Under the pieces are notes generated by a model that did no database searches, was not told where the DNA came from, and saw only the letters and a list, made by a program, of their open reading frames with translations. Positions 25,358-38,502 of a stretch of 64,000 nt of DNA are shown here, one piece after another. A program made the translations under genes and the position numbers. The stretch is from Takakia lepidozioides (lineage: Eukaryota; Plantae; Bryophyta): the NCBI GenBank assembly GCA_030704615.1, contig CM060734.1, positions 14,322,001-14,386,000 of the forward strand, written 5' to 3'. The number at the start of each line of letters is the position of its first letter. The first letter of the stretch is position 1.

Positions 25358-25370
25358 AAACAGAAAATAG
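22662..25370 (+). CDS. LINE ORF2 portion: APE endonuclease + reverse transcriptase, broken just after FADD
   Basis: ATFNFSGL, GQETW, LLGDFNARVG, IVDYI and SDH (APE); YRGITLL, QAGFR, FLDVKKAYD, GVAQGCTLSPLLF and MFADD (RT). The frame is open from the junction through three 141-bp repeats. Confidence 0.92.
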   Translation, partial: LKVYTRRTNPIHGVIVPKPSDGQSVPKCAEPERRVTEGFGTLNGLPIPKVYTRRAKSIHGVIVPKQSDGQSAPMCAEPVRRVTERFGTLNGLPILKVYTRRAKSTHGVTVPPLQNGWPSRSNHKLPRRQTIHTQRAGLRLATFNFSGLTNQRKQLEVGQVLRTNDIHICAGQETWETSDKLVGDVIGYKWAGKMCTLKAASAKRGQKGVGFFVRDFLFDNCEIINKGLRYEHSIWLKLNLKGGMSTKDLFVGCVYMPTEGTLSADADKAFEDVKLDCASFLAKGQVVLLGDFNARVGKGIHQDDIIGPFGEDELNSNGRRLINCLEELQLLTLNNRTRGDQVQWTREKPQTGERSIVDYIIMDKILFPQCANVLIDRTDIGTSDHFLVWTEIKRCFPTTKRSVKRSIRKWRIEKFHNEEVKAEYVQALQEALPHFVQSLQELQSRSVNARNEVERAVDSWESFVSSVADKIIGRKLIVCGRAVNWWTNEIKLKIAERRALYKECCNLETNRELWARYYQLRKDINQLVRSQKKLYWDKLYSEINSNHHGGNDKKFWLALQRLYKPKNGQQVQALKTTTGAVVTSSVDIVKTFETHYSILGRTSRSNSEGSSAEWRDTVGKTVPMIQNSPDELEYISMAYNAPISSSEIVEAIEHLNGYKAGGPDGIVNELIKHGGLPMIEALVLLFNLIWKTEMIPFRWRQGVIVNLYKKGDREEPGNYRGITLLNAVGKTFCRVMSTRLEVDLESRGCFHEGQAGFRRNRGCVDHIFTLSQIIQGRKKEGKPTYVFFLDVKKAYDTVWRDGLWFRLWSCGIKGKMWRVVHNLYAHTKSCVTVNGQKSNFFDIDQGVAQGCTLSPLLFNVFINQLLEDVESEGFGLRVGDTTIPALMFADDFAGIGETPNRK

Positions 25371-25536
25371 AAACGAGGAGAAACTTTGGAAGGAGTATTT
25401 TTCGGAGCCCAGTCAATGGTGGGACAATTCAGGCAAAAAGGTAAATTCCTGTTAAATTAGAGGGAAGCAGACAACAGATGCATCGCAAAGCTTTCTTGGA
25501 ATTTGTCATCCTCTCTCTCTCTCTCTCCCCCGAACA

Positions 25537-27963
25537 ATCAATCAGCTTGTTAGGTCTCAGAAGAAATTATACTGGGACAAGTTATACAGTGAAATAAACT
25601 CAAACCACCATGGTGGTAATGACAAGAAATTCTGGTTGGCCCTTCAACGTTTGTACAAGCCGAAAAACGGTCAGCAAGTACAAGCGCTGAAGACTACTAA
25701 AGGTGCAGTGGTGACTTCATCGATTGACATTGTCAAAACCTTTGAAACTCACTACAGTATCCTTGGCAGAACTTCTAGGTCTAACAGTGAGGGGTCTTCT
25801 GCTGAATGGAGGGACACAGTTGGAAAAACTGTTCCTATGATTCAAAACTGCCCTGATGAACTGGAGTATATTTCAATGGCTTATAATGCTCCCATTAGTT
25901 CTTCTGAGATTGTGGAAGCAATTGAACATTTAAATGGATATAAAGCTGGTGGACCTGATGAAATTGTCAACGAGCTTATCAAGCACGGTGGCGATCCCAT
26001 GATAGAGGCCCTAGTTCTCCTCTTTAACCTTATCTGGAAGACTGAAATGATCCCCTTTCGCTGGCGACAGGGGGTCATTGTCAATCTATACAAGAAGGGT
26101 GACAGAGAAGAACCGGGGGAACTACCGTGGCATCACGCTCCTCAATGCTGTTGGCAAGACATTCTGCAGAGTTATAAGTACTCGTCTCGAGGTTGATCTG
26201 GAGTCTAGAGGTTTGTTTCCACGAAGGCCAAGCTGGCTTTCGGCGAAACAGGGGCTGTGTGGATCATATCTTCACTCTAAGCCAGATTATCCAGGGAAGG
26301 AAAAAAGAAGGGAAACCCACTTATGTCTTTTTCCTGGATGTCAAAAAGGCTTATGACACAGTGTGGAGAGATGGCCTATGGTTCCGCCTCTGGTCTTGTG
26401 GGATCAAGGGAAAGATGTGGAGAGTTGTCCACAACTTGTATGCTCACACCAAAAGCTGTGTCACTGTTAACGGACAGAAGTCCAACTTCTTTGACATAGA
26501 CCAAGGTGTAGCTCAAGGATGTACTCTCTCCCCTCTGCTCTTCAATGTTTTCATCAATCAACTCCTCGAGGATGTGGAAAGTGAGGGATTTGGGTTAAGG
26601 GTGGGTGATACCACCATACCAGCCCTTATGTTTGCGGATGACTTCGCAGGCATAGGGGAGACTCCAACCAATCTCCAGGAGTTGATTGATTGCGCGAAGA
26701 GATACTTTGATCTTTGGGGCTAGAGGCTAATGTCAGCAAATGTGCAGTGGTAGCATTCAACGACAGAGGAGAGGGAGGAAGTGATCTTAAGTGGCAGTGG
26801 GGTAGCCAAGAGATCCCGGTCCTCCCTTCCTACACTTACCTGGGCGTTGAGTTCTCCTCCAATTGTAATTGGGATGCACATATCCGGAAAGTTGTTCAAA
26901 CTGGCAAGGGCAAAGCTCTGGGGCTCACTAAATTTTTCCACTGCAGAGGGGTCAACTCTGAGGTTAAGAAAACCATGCTTTGTCGCGTTATTAGACCTGC
27001 CTTGGAGTACGGATCTGCTATATGGGTTGATAACTCCAACCAGGCTAAGTCTCTAGAATCCATTCAAGTGGGGGTGCTTAAGGAGTGTATGTCAGCATGC
27101 TCCAAAACAGCCAATGTGGCTGTTCGGGGTGAGTTTAGCATTCCGTCCCTAAGCTCCCGACGAGATGAATCAAGGTCAGATGGTGGGGTCAGCTGCAACA
27201 TATGCCCAACACCAGATATCCTAAGGTAATCGACTCTATATCTTGGAAACAGGACCGCCCTGTCAAACAGGCTAAGTCCTGGCAGAAGAGAGTAGAAGAG
27301 ATTCTCAAGGACCTGGACCTGATCCGCAAGTCTTGACCCTGCTGGATAAATCTGACTTAGAGGCTGTAGTGTCCTCAGCCATGTCTGTCTGTGATGAAAA
27401 TGAAGTTAGGCAGAAAACTTCCCTGAACTTGTTTCCAGTCTGTGACATGGGGGAGGACATCTTGGATGACCTCAAGGGTCTACCCACTCTCGGCACTAGA
27501 CTGAAATTTAAACTCAGGGCAGGAAGCCTACCTTGAACAGCAAACAGAAGCAGAGAGGAAAGGGAGAGTGCAATTGCCCGTTGTGTGGGCAATCTGAAGA
27601 CAGTATTCATTTTCTGATACACTGTCGGGGTTCTCTCACCAAAGAGACGCTCTCTTCAAATCTATTAAGGGAATTGTGCCTGTACCCCTGTTTACCAACT
27701 TTGAAAGTCTCGAGGCTGAGCCAAAAGCCCAGGCCCTCCTGAGGCCTAGTTTTTGGGCAAATCACACACAGCAGATTGATGCTTGTGTGAAGGGATTTCT
27801 AGAGGATATCTGGAAAACCCGGATTAATTCTTTATATGGAGGTAAGTCTTACTACCAACGTCAGCCCCTGACAGAGGTAGGTTCTGTCCCTTTTGTTCCC
27901 GCTCAAACTGGGCGCGGGGTCAATGGCCACAAGGCTACGGCAAACAACGTCTTAAGAGTACAA
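25537..27963 (+). mobile_element. Second, near-identical 5'-truncated copy of the same LINE (RT + C-terminal CPLC..H..C zinc motif), 15-bp TSD
   Basis: Begins at sequence matching 24231 and ends ...gagtacaatct. TSD tctctcccccgaaca is at 25522-25536 and 27964-27978. Several 1-bp frameshifts are present. Confidence 0.93.
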
Positions 27964-28147
27964 TCTCTCCCCCGAACACATTTCTAGAGTCTTGGGAGCA
28001 ATTCAGCATAGGAATTAGTGTGTGATATGTAGGGTTGGGGTGGTTGCTAGAAAAATGTGAGGGTGTCATTGGTAGCTGCTAGTCGCCAGGGGATGATCTA
28101 TGTATGATTGGTGCCAAGGCAGGGAGAGCTGAAGGAGCAGGGGTGGA

Positions 28148-30789
28148 GTGTGGGTCCAGATTCATCCAAGAGGGCCGGATTTCAAGCACAAGAGTAGCCA
28201 TGATTCCCTGTGGATTGATAGCTACAAGAAACCTGCATGGGTAGATGGTCAACTGGAAGCAGCCGCAGCGATACGGTTGATAAAATCAGGCACCTCCACC
28301 ATGTCCACAGCTTCCAAAAGGGAACCAAAAGAGGGAGTCCACAATACCTCTTCTGGGCGTAAGAGGACGCTATGTGAGGCGGGGCAACTGAAAGAGGCTC
28401 TACAGATTTTTGCACCAAGGAGGCATTTCAGCAGATTCAGATACTTATGTCTGTCTCTTGCGTAAGTGTATCAAGATGAAAGGCCTGAAGGCCGGAAAGC
28501 AGGTGCACGCTCACATTATCCAAAGTGGATTCAAGCCAAATGTTTTCCTACACAACAACCTTGTCAACATGTATGTTAAGTGCGGGAGCATCGTGGATGC
28601 ACAGCAAGTGTTCGACAAAATGCCTGAATGAGATTTGATCATTGGAATATACTGATGGCAGGATTTTACCAAGCATGGGTGTGGTAAGCTGCCTGGGAGA
28701 CATACGAGCAAATGATGTGGGAAGGGAGTGGGTGAAGCCCAACCACATCACTTTTGTTTGCGTTTGCAATGCATGGCAAGCCTGGCAGGACCTGGAAAAG
28801 GGCAAAGAGGTCCATGGTGACATCGTCAAAAGCGGAATTGTACCAGATGTCATTCTGAACACTGCCACTCGTGGACAGGTATGCCCAAATGCGGCAGCAT
28901 CGAGATAGATGCAAAGGAGTGTTTGACAATGGCTGAACCGAAATGTGGTGTCCTGGAGTATGATGCAGGATATGTGCAGCATGGTTTGGGAGCAAAACGA
29001 GATGTGGTGTCCTGGAATGCTATGATTGCAGGATATGCACAGCATGGCTGTGGGATGGAGGCTTTGGAGACCTATGAGTAAATGATGCGGGAAGGGGTGA
29101 AGCCGGACGCAGGCCACGTTGTTGGCATTTGCAATGCATGCGCAGCCTGGCAGCACTGGCAAAGGGCAAATAGGTCCATGGTGTTCATCAAAGCTGGAAA
29201 AGCTGGAAAGGTAGTGTTTGACATTATGGCTGAACGAAACGTGGTTTCGTGGAAGGCAATGATCACAGGATATGCCCAGCATGGGTGCGGGATGGAGGCT
29301 TTGGAGACTTATAAACAAATGATGCAGGAGGGGTGAAGCCGGACCTGGTCACGTTCGGTTGCGTTTTGCAATGTGTGGTGCAAGCCTGGCAGCCCTGGAA
29401 AAGGGCAAAGAGGTCCATGGTGACATCATCAAAGCTGGAATTGCACCAGATGTCATTCTGAACAATACCCTGGTGGACATGTATGCCAAAGGCGGGAGCA
29501 TCGCAGATGCAAAGGGAGTGTTTGACAATATGGCTGAACGAATGTGGTGTCCTGGACCGCGATGATTGCAGGATATGCCCAGCATAGGTGTGGGATGGAG
29601 GCTTTGAAGACCTATGAGCAAATGATGCAGGAAGGGGTGAAACCGGACCCGGTCACGTTCAGTTGCGTTTGTATTGCATGTGCAAGCCTGGCAGCGCTGG
29701 AAAAGGGTAAAGAGGTCCATGGTGACATTATCAAAGCTGGAATTGTACCAGATGTCATTCTGAACAATACCCTCATGGACATGTATGCCAAATGTGGGAG
29801 CATTGAGGGTGCTAACAAAGTGTTTGATGAAAAAACGAGATTTGGTGTCGTGGAACACGATGATGGCAGGATATGCCCAGCATGGTTGTGATATGGAGGC
29901 CCTGCAACTATTCGAAGAAATGCAAGTGGAAGGCTTGAAGCTGGACAACATCACTTTTATATGTGTTCTGTCTGCATGTCGCCATGCTGGCCTAGTCGAT
30001 GAGGGTAGATACTACTTTGACTCCCTGCGTAAAGATCATGGTATCACTCCAGCGGTGGAGCACTTCGCCTGCATGGTGGATCTTCTTGGCCGTGCAGGGC
30101 GATTGGATGAGGCAGAGGACTTCATTAACAAAATGCCAATGAAACCAGATGCTGCGGTGTGGAGGGCCTTGCTTGGTGCCTGCAGAATTCATTGCAATGT
30201 CGAGATGGCTGAGCGCGCAGCAACATCAATTCTCAAGTGGGATGAACAGGACCCCGCGACTTATGTGTTGCTATCCAACATCTATGCCGCAGCTGGTAGG
30301 TGGGACAATACTGCGAAGGTGAGAAAACTGATGAAGGTCAGAGGGGTTAGAAAGGAGCCAGGTCAGTGTTATATTGAGGTCAGCAACAGGGTGCACACCT
30401 TTGTTGTAGATGACAAATTGCATCCAAAAATTGAGGAAATCCATGCTGAGCTGAGAAGATTGTATGGGCAGATGAAGGAGGCTGGGTATGTGCCTGACAT
30501 GCGCTTTGTATTGCACGATGTGGGGGAGGAGCATAACGATGTGGGGGAGGAGCATAAGGAATTTTTCTCTTTGCCACCACACGTGAGAAGCTGGCCATTG
30601 CTTTTTGGGCTGATCAGCACGGCCCGTGGGACGCCTCTCCGGGTCATCAAGAATCTTCGCGTGTGTGGTGACTGCCACACTGCCACCAAGTTCATCTCAA
30701 AGATTGTTGGCCTAGCAATTGTTGTATGGGATGCCAACCGCTTTCACCACTTTGAAGATGGGGTTTGTTCTTGTGGTGAATACTGGTAA
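28148..30789 (+). pseudogene. PLS-class PPR-E-DYW RNA-editing factor (ends EYW) preceded by a PDF motif; multiple frameshifts and stops
   Basis: Repeated VVSWNAMIAGYAQHG / HGDIIKAGIVPDVIL / DMYAKCGSI units; E domain ([25 protein letters not shown]); PG box; CGDCH; [16 protein letters not shown]. The HSEKLA motif is disrupted near 30580. Confidence 0.9.
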
Positions 30790-32685
30790 AATGATGCTTT
30801 CTGGATAGGTGGGAGTGTCTCGCTTCATTCATTGATGTGCGTAGCTACTACTTCATCCTCTAGTTCAGCATCTACAGCCTGACCCTTTAATCTGTTGTAG
30901 GATCTGCAGCCTCTTCCCTGTTCCCACCAAGACAAGGCCTTTAGTATGGCCACAACATGAGCGCTCAGAACCAGCCGTCATATGCACATTGTCATCCTGT
31001 GGCTCAAGGGAAGGGAGAAAGATAGTCCATATACAGGGAGAGCCATCTTGAAAAAATGAAAAACAACTTGTGGTGTCACTCAACCCCGAAGGGCTACTTC
31101 CTCCCAATGGGAAGGTGGACAGCTTTATGACATCAAACACACGTGTGGTTTTGAACCCACAAAAAGTATTAAGCCCTGACCAGTGAGCTATGTGGGCTAT
31201 CTATTGGATGTTGAGCCATCTTGAAATATGGGCTCACCCACGTCTGCCACATTTCCCACATCCTTTGTCTTTGCATGCCCTAGACATCAGGTGGAGACTG
31301 GAGACATTGAATTTGTAAATTCCAGCTTCTGAGCTAACATTTGCATAAAACAAACCTAATGAAGAAATAGTTTAGGGTATATTGCTTGCTATACTTGACC
31401 CCGAATGGCTGCCACCTTCCGGTGGGCTCTTTATGACCTATATTGCTGAATAGTTAGTTTGTGTCAACCATTAAACCAAAGCTCAGGCAAGAGAAGACCT
31501 TTGCAGAACAAGACAAAATGGGAGACCTTTAACAGTGAAACTAAGCCTGGAAAGTTGTAGTGAGCAGGCCAAACCAGTCGGAGAGAGGCCTGGCCTTGCA
31601 AACAATGAAACCAAAGCTCTTTAGAACGTCTGCAGAAAGCTTTTCATGCTCATGTAAAGTTGAGGGTTGAAGGAATCAAATCTTCTTTCACAATAGAGGT
31701 CAAAGCTGTATGAAAGATTGGTGATAGAGGACTGACCAGCAAAGTGGAAAAAACTTGGCAGCATACAGTATACATGTCAAATTAAGTAAAGTTGCAAATG
31801 TATACACTGATGAACAATCAATGGAGACGGTCAATAGAATGCAACTTTAATGTGAGGTGACCACACTCGAAATAAAAGGCTTCAAGTGGACATAGGCTAG
31901 CGTTCCAACCCATATATTAGCTGCCAAATGATGGCTTTCCAAACTACATGGTACATTGAACTATGTGTGAAACATTATTGGCTAAGGGAAGGAGATGAGC
32001 TTTGCTACGACACAACTTCACCAGCACAGTGAAGCCTACCCCTAAGCTGATCGATACACCAATGGTGACTACTCGGGAGCCTTTCTCTTCCTCCCCAAAC
32101 TCCATGAATTGTATTGCGAACCTAATGAATTAACCCTTTCTCAATCTCCGTTTCTCTGATGGGCAAAAACCTATAAACTATGGCACTGCCTAACACGATA
32201 TGCACCTGTATGGGCTCTTACAGAAATAAAAAATGCACTAGTGCACGAGGACAAAGGTCCCCAATCTTGCACACAAGAACAACACCCTCATGGGAGTGGA
32301 GAACTCGTTACCTCCAGCTGCTATGTTTGTCTCAGAGATCCATAAGATCTTTTGTATGAATCCTCCTGCAGATGATTCAGGTCACTGAAAAGTGACTTCT
32401 CTATAAGACAATCAAATTGAATGCAATTGAACGCCATTAAACGTTGGAGTAGTGATCAGTCCTGCCAAGCTTGGACCAGCACCCCCTCACCATGTTGAGT
32501 GAAGACAGATACAGCTAAGTGGCCAAGTGCAGTTGGAAGATCGAAGTTGGCAGAAGGACTGAAATGAAAGCCCAACACATGTGCTGCATTTCCACCTGTC
32601 TCGCCAGATCCCACCAAACTGCTCAGCCTCGTAGCTCTCATTGCGTGACCCAAAGGAACAGGGAAACAATCAGAGTAAGAAAAAG

Positions 32686-35600
32686 TCAGGGAATGAAAGG
32701 AACGCCTGTTTGTGGCAGCCATAAAGACCCCTGGATAAAATTATCAACAGAAAAGGCTTGAGCTTGCTGTGATGAAAACTGACTTGACCAATACACGCGG
32801 CCTGCCAGATTGTTGGCCCCGGGGCCATAGCTTCCATACTCTGCATCTAAGAGAGTGTCCAGAGCAAATGTTCCATTCCATGGCAACCATCCTACAGGCT
32901 CAATTATCTGGTCCAGATATGTTGAGATGAAAATGGTTCGGGAATATGTCTTCCAAGGCCTGCCTAAGTATGCCAGGTGTCCTGTCTGATTTGATAGAAA
33001 TAGTGCCTCATATTCCGGTGTCCCAAATACTGAGCATCCCTGGAAAAAAAAGCCAGTTGTCTGTCCTGGATCTACCCTCCCCTGCAGCACAGAAATTCCA
33101 AGCATATTAATTGTGATATTATGACTTCATTGTGGAAGTGCATGAGGATGCCAATAAGAACTTACCTGGTGTGGTTGAACATTCCACCTATGGAGAATGA
33201 TGAGAGGAGGTGACAGGAGAAAGATCCATGGGCAATCAAAGTTGGCCGGGGTGGGCAGGTTGGGCAGAGGGGGGTGTTGCAAAATTAACCCAGGCCCCAT
33301 CGAACAGATGATGATGTAATCAATAGCTCGTTATGGGACCAGAGTATTTCGACCAAAAACTTTATATCCCACACACAGCCTACGACAAATCTGGATCCAG
33401 AGAATTGGGTTTGATGACCAAAGCACTGAAATTTCAGCACTGCTACTGTGTACCCTACCTTCGACCGCAGACATGGCACTGCCATAATAGTGCACAGGTT
33501 GGGGGCAACAGCTATATCAAAGACTCAAACATCGATTTGTGACGGAAGTAACCCATTCATGTAAGAGAGAGGTATATACGGAGTGTGGGAGAGAGCCTAC
33601 CTGTGCAGTCAACGTGCTGGTAATGGCTGTTGGGCGGCCTGGTCGCACCACAATGTTGCAGTTTTGAAAAAAGGCAGCTGAATTTCCAAATATGAAGTCA
33701 ACAGTACCCTCAATTGTGCAGTCTTTGTAGAACTGACGCAGTGCATGTGTGTACAGAGTATCCTGGAATGCCACAATTGAGCAGCTCTGTAGAGCTGATT
33801 GATCACTATCTAGTCTCAAAGCCACAGCTTGATGTACTTCAGGACCTCCTGTATTCTGAAAAGTGATACCGCGAGCAATGAAGCCTGCTCCATCAACACC
33901 TGCAGAAGTCAATGAAACAACGTATTCCTTCAGAGGGACTTTAGAGAGTGACGAATCATGGAAAATGTATGCTCTATGTCCCACCTACGTTCCATAAGAG
34001 GGAGGGGTTAACAAAGACAAGGTCCATTTTCCCCTGCACAAATCAAGTTTCCATTAATTTTGAAAAGGACAGCTGTAGTGGATGCATCATTTATACGGTA
34101 GTTTGGAGACTGCACAGTAGATGAAGGTGAAGGACTCACAACCACAATGATGCAATACCATAAATTTTATAAAAGCAACAAAACAATAGTGAGGCATGAC
34201 CAGTACACGTGCGTCAGGTCCAGATTGAAATTGGGCCATTAGTAGACTTGAAGTGAGAAAAATCCATCAACTAAGCCTGGGCTCTCAATGTTTGATCAAT
34301 TTCTCCATCAGAAAATTCGATAAACAACCAAATGCTGAACAACATCTACATGAAGCATTCGCAGATGTATACTAACAAAAAAAGGTGTGGTGCAGCTTAT
34401 TACCGACAGTGGCTGTTAGCCAGGTGGTCATTCCCACTTGTGCATCATTCATGCTCCCTGTGATTATGGTCTGGTTGATGCCATCCCCGATGAACATGAG
34501 ATTTGGTTTTTTTTTTGGAACTCTGACAATCTGATTGTAGATGCCGGCCTTGATATATATAACGTACCTGACAACGGGAGATATACAGAATGAGACAGCA
34601 TATTTGAAGAGAGAGATTCCAGAAGAGAAAACCTTAGTAACTCATAAGCCATATTTGATGGTGATACTTTTGACAAGTTATTATGATATATAGGTGCATC
34701 GGCAATACTCCAGGGTCCATCTTGGTGTATATTAGTTAGCCACTTTGAGATTAGGTGCCCTATCAGGCAGTCATGTAAGAATCAAGCAGGATCTTAGCAC
34801 TCACAGCCAGACTTACACTATTTGTAGCACAGAGAGTGAAGGCCCACTTATCCATTTCCCCACATTACCTCAGGAAGTTAAGCTGGCAAGCTGTTTTGGA
34901 AATACAAACCAGACTTTACTAGCTTAAAACCCAGCCTGAGAGACCTTTGGCAGTCAACACTTCACTAGAAATTGGTGCAGTGGGTTTCAAGATTTCATCT
35001 TCCAACTAGCCTAAAAGGGAGAAGGGAGCTCTGCTTAGGCAGTTGTTGCAATAACTTAATTTACTTCATGGAAACAAGTCAAGAAAGGTGGGAAAGGCTT
35101 CAGAACATTGGAGGACAGTTTGGGAAAAGGAGGTTTGCAGGAAGAATTCAGAAGATCTTCCAGGTTTCTTTCAGGTGCAGCGTACCTCGCCTGACTCCAG
35201 GCTGGTGCATAGTCGACGGCCTGTTGAATGCTGGAAAGTGCAGAACCGAGAGAGATAGTGATGGAAGGAGGTATGTCCATTTGGCCATTCAAAAGGTTCC
35301 GATCGTCCTCGTTAAGCCATTCAGGATACGAATGAGGGTACTCAGCTGCAAGCTCCGCAAGCTGCTCTTGTCGGCTGACCGGGGGAGGTTTCCAGGAAGC
35401 CGCATTAGGACCATAATTCACCAAAGCGTCGGTCATGGCAAGCGCGTTGCTTATTAGCTCCGCACTCACATTCAAGCGGCCCAGCATCTGAGGTACAAAT
35501 GTCAGGGGGGTATTGATGGCACTTAAAGAATAGTAGCAATCGAATTCGAAAGTAAGAGCTCCACTTATCCATGCTTGAATGTCCTTCAGTAGATTGCCAT

Positions 35601-36210
35601 TGAAAGCATTCTCAGAGTTTTGAAGATGGAACGCCGCCAGATCCAAAACCTCAGTGCACTGCTTGGATACCGCTGTAAGGTTCACATTGCCAGCACTAGG
35701 AACCAGTGATGCTAGTGTAGCGCCATCAGTGATTGCGGCTACCGCGTAGTTATGGGCAATGCTAATTGCAATCCCTACTAATTCCTGAGGAACTGCTGTT
35801 GCTGCACGGGGCTCTCTTCTGAAGGCTGCGAGACAGGCGTCAGGGAACCGTGTCGCCGCACAGGCCAATGAGATCGTTGTGGTTCCAACCTCCAATTGCT
35901 TCAATTGACGACGCATACGCGCTGTTTCGAGCAAAGCTTCCTCTGAGTGCTCTCGCCGAATCCCTTGAACAGGATGTGAGGACAACAACATGAAGAGACA
36001 AAGAAAGAGTGCACGACAAGTAAAGCCTGAAATACTAGAAGCTCTGATTCGTAATGTTTTCCTCAAGCGCCACCTCTCTTCTTCTTCGGTAATATCCACT
36101 GACAGCTCTCTGGAGATTGTCATTCCCTCTTCAATCTTTCCTTCTCTGCGCCTTTCACCTCTGTTTCCCCAATCCCGCTCCCGCCATCTATCGGCAATCC
36201 CGACCTCCAT
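32686..36210 (-). CDS. PME: Pectin methylesterase with an N-terminal PMEI pro-domain (4 exons)
   Basis: Exons about 36210-35186, 34567-34404, 33899-33601 and 33081-32686 have GT-AG ends. PMEI cysteine pattern ([25 protein letters not shown]) and PME motifs QAVAL, FQDTLY, DFIFG and LGRPW are present. Confidence 0.93.
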
Positions 36211-37149
36211 AACAGCACCGACCGTGGAATTTACCCCCAACCCGGGACAAACACAGAAACGCTTCTATCTGTCCCCTCACGGTCTCTGCAGAGAAGCTCC
36301 AGCAGAATCAATCTCCCTCTCCCGCATTCACTCCTCCCTCCTCCGTCGCCTCACTCAGACACGTTACCTCCCTCCCTCCCTCCCTATCAAACACTCCTTC
36401 AAGCCACCTTCCCTTCTCCGGTCTCAACTCTCACTCAAATACGCGTCTCTGTATATCATCAAAAGCTGTCTTACAAACAATTTCGAAATCGCATGAAGAC
36501 GCCAGCTCCTCCTCTGCCCCGCAAAGCTTGTCTCGATCCCTTGAAAGCACCTGCGCGCGGTCAGGCTCTGTCGTGTCTCCTTCTCGCATTCAGTGCAGGG
36601 CGTGTCTCCAGTCTTCCTCTTCACTCTCCACCTCTGCACCTTCCCCCCCTATTTATCGCCCGTGCTCACTAAAACTTCCAACACACTAACACACTAATCC
36701 CTTACTAATCCTCATTGCCGCCACGAGACTACCGCACATGTCAAGCATATTCATACTTCCGTAGAGGAATATAATTTTTTTGGTATATTCCAACAACAGA
36801 TGCCGACTGAACTTTCCAGCTCATCGAACTCAGCTCGATAAGTGAGACGTATGGATTAGTGGAGGCGGATACACACTTGTCGCGCTCCCAAGACCCGTGT
36901 CCAAAATTCTATTCACTCTCAAATACCCTAGTTTCTTTTTCATTAACTAATGTTTTTTATTTCACTAGCGTTTACTCATACATTATTTTTGGTATGGCAT
37001 AGTGAACTCGTAAGTTACATTGATTTTGACATTGATTATTCTTTATTCATAACAATAATATAAATTTTCTACTTTTTATTTTTTCAAAGGGAAACACCAG
37101 GGAGCGACAGCTCACAATCAGGCCCCTTGATATGATTATAATAATTAAT

Positions 37150-37368
37150 GTTTTATTTATTTATTTAAAGGAAACCTGGGAGCTACAGCCCACAATTCAG
37201 GCCCGTGAGGAGGGGGAAAAATTAATCATTCATGGGCCATGAGGCCTACAGGACGATCAACGCCCAGACATACCGTCACGAACAATCCCACACACGGGGC
37301 AGGGCAGCGGGTTTGAACCCGGAACCACCAGGGCGACACACTGTGCACTTACCAGCTGAGCTACCAGA
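37150..37368 (-). mobile_element. tRNA-derived SINE (a second 3' remnant lies at about 37075-37128)
   Basis: The minus strand has A box TAGCTCAGCTGG, B box GGTTCAAACC, a non-tRNA body and a (TAAA)n tail. Confidence 0.75.
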
Positions 37369-38502
37369 TGTGCCAATGATTTTGATTTTGGATTAGGCAG
37401 ATGATTTTTTTTTTTATTGTTTTTTGGGAAGGGGGAGAGCCCTTTAAAATTTTATTCGAATTATTTGAACGATTTTTTAACAAAGGAAATAAAATTAGAA
37501 AAGAACTAAAATTATCGTTAATTTCGGTTTTGTGCCTGGGCAGTGACAGCTTCAAGTAGGTGATTATTACTTGGAAGTAAATGTTGGATATAATCTGACA
37601 GTTGAGCAGGGCAAGGTGCCTGGCTGTGCTGCAAATTATGAAGGCTCTAAAAGGAAAGCATAAATACCTACTTCCCATTAATGTGCCTCCCAATTCTCTG
37701 GACCTAACACAACAATAACTAAAGCCTTTATTATGGTAGGTATCCCCAGCTGCCCAATTAAATTAAATCTGAAAGCCCCCTCCAAACAGCCTAGTTGGAT
37801 TTAAAGCCCACTTTACAAATTAAGCACTAGGGAAGTTGCTGTGCATAATACCAAGAATCGGATGGATGATGTGAGATTTTGCAGCGGTGTTCAGTTTACT
37901 CACACTCTGCCAGATACTATTTTTCAGTGTACCTGAGGTATGACTCATGTGCTATTTATTATTTACTGTTGCCTGTTGACAAATTTCAGACAAATGAAGG
38001 ATAAGCTGTCTCTGCAAATATGAATTTTAATGCGCAGTCAAAATTCTTTCATTGAAGGGTTCCTAATCACTTCGGAAATATTAACTGCCTTTGAGACACC
38101 TTTGAGACTCGCTAACGTTTTGGACATATAACCTCTTCCAAGATTCCATCCCAAAACCAGCTCATTGCTGAGACCATAGCGATTCCCATGAGATAGAGAA
38201 GGCTAGGGCAGCAGCCGTCGTAATTAAAGGGTCATTTCACCTTGCATCTACTGCCCCAAGTTTTTAATATGTTACCCCCGCCGGAGTCTCTTTTCTCGCC
38301 GTTTCTTTTTCCGGGGACAATCTTTTTAAATGTTTTGACTTGCGTGATTTTGCATTACGTCAATAACTTACAATATGTATGTATGGTAAAGTGCATGGCG
38401 GTGGCCCGCGAATTGAACAATATTCGTCATGAGCCCCGATAAACGTGGCTTGCGGAGTGAACAATAACTTATTCGTCATGAGAGCCCGGACAATGGATGT
38501 GT

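Noticed and set aside
25636-30789. Treating every frameshift as real pseudogenisation
   Set aside because: Many 1-bp indels fall in homopolymers and may be long-read errors; this cannot be decided without reads (it also applies to transposase copy 1).
37295-37368. Functional tRNA gene
   Set aside because: It has A and B boxes but no convincing cloverleaf, and continues into a SINE body with a (TAAA)n tail.
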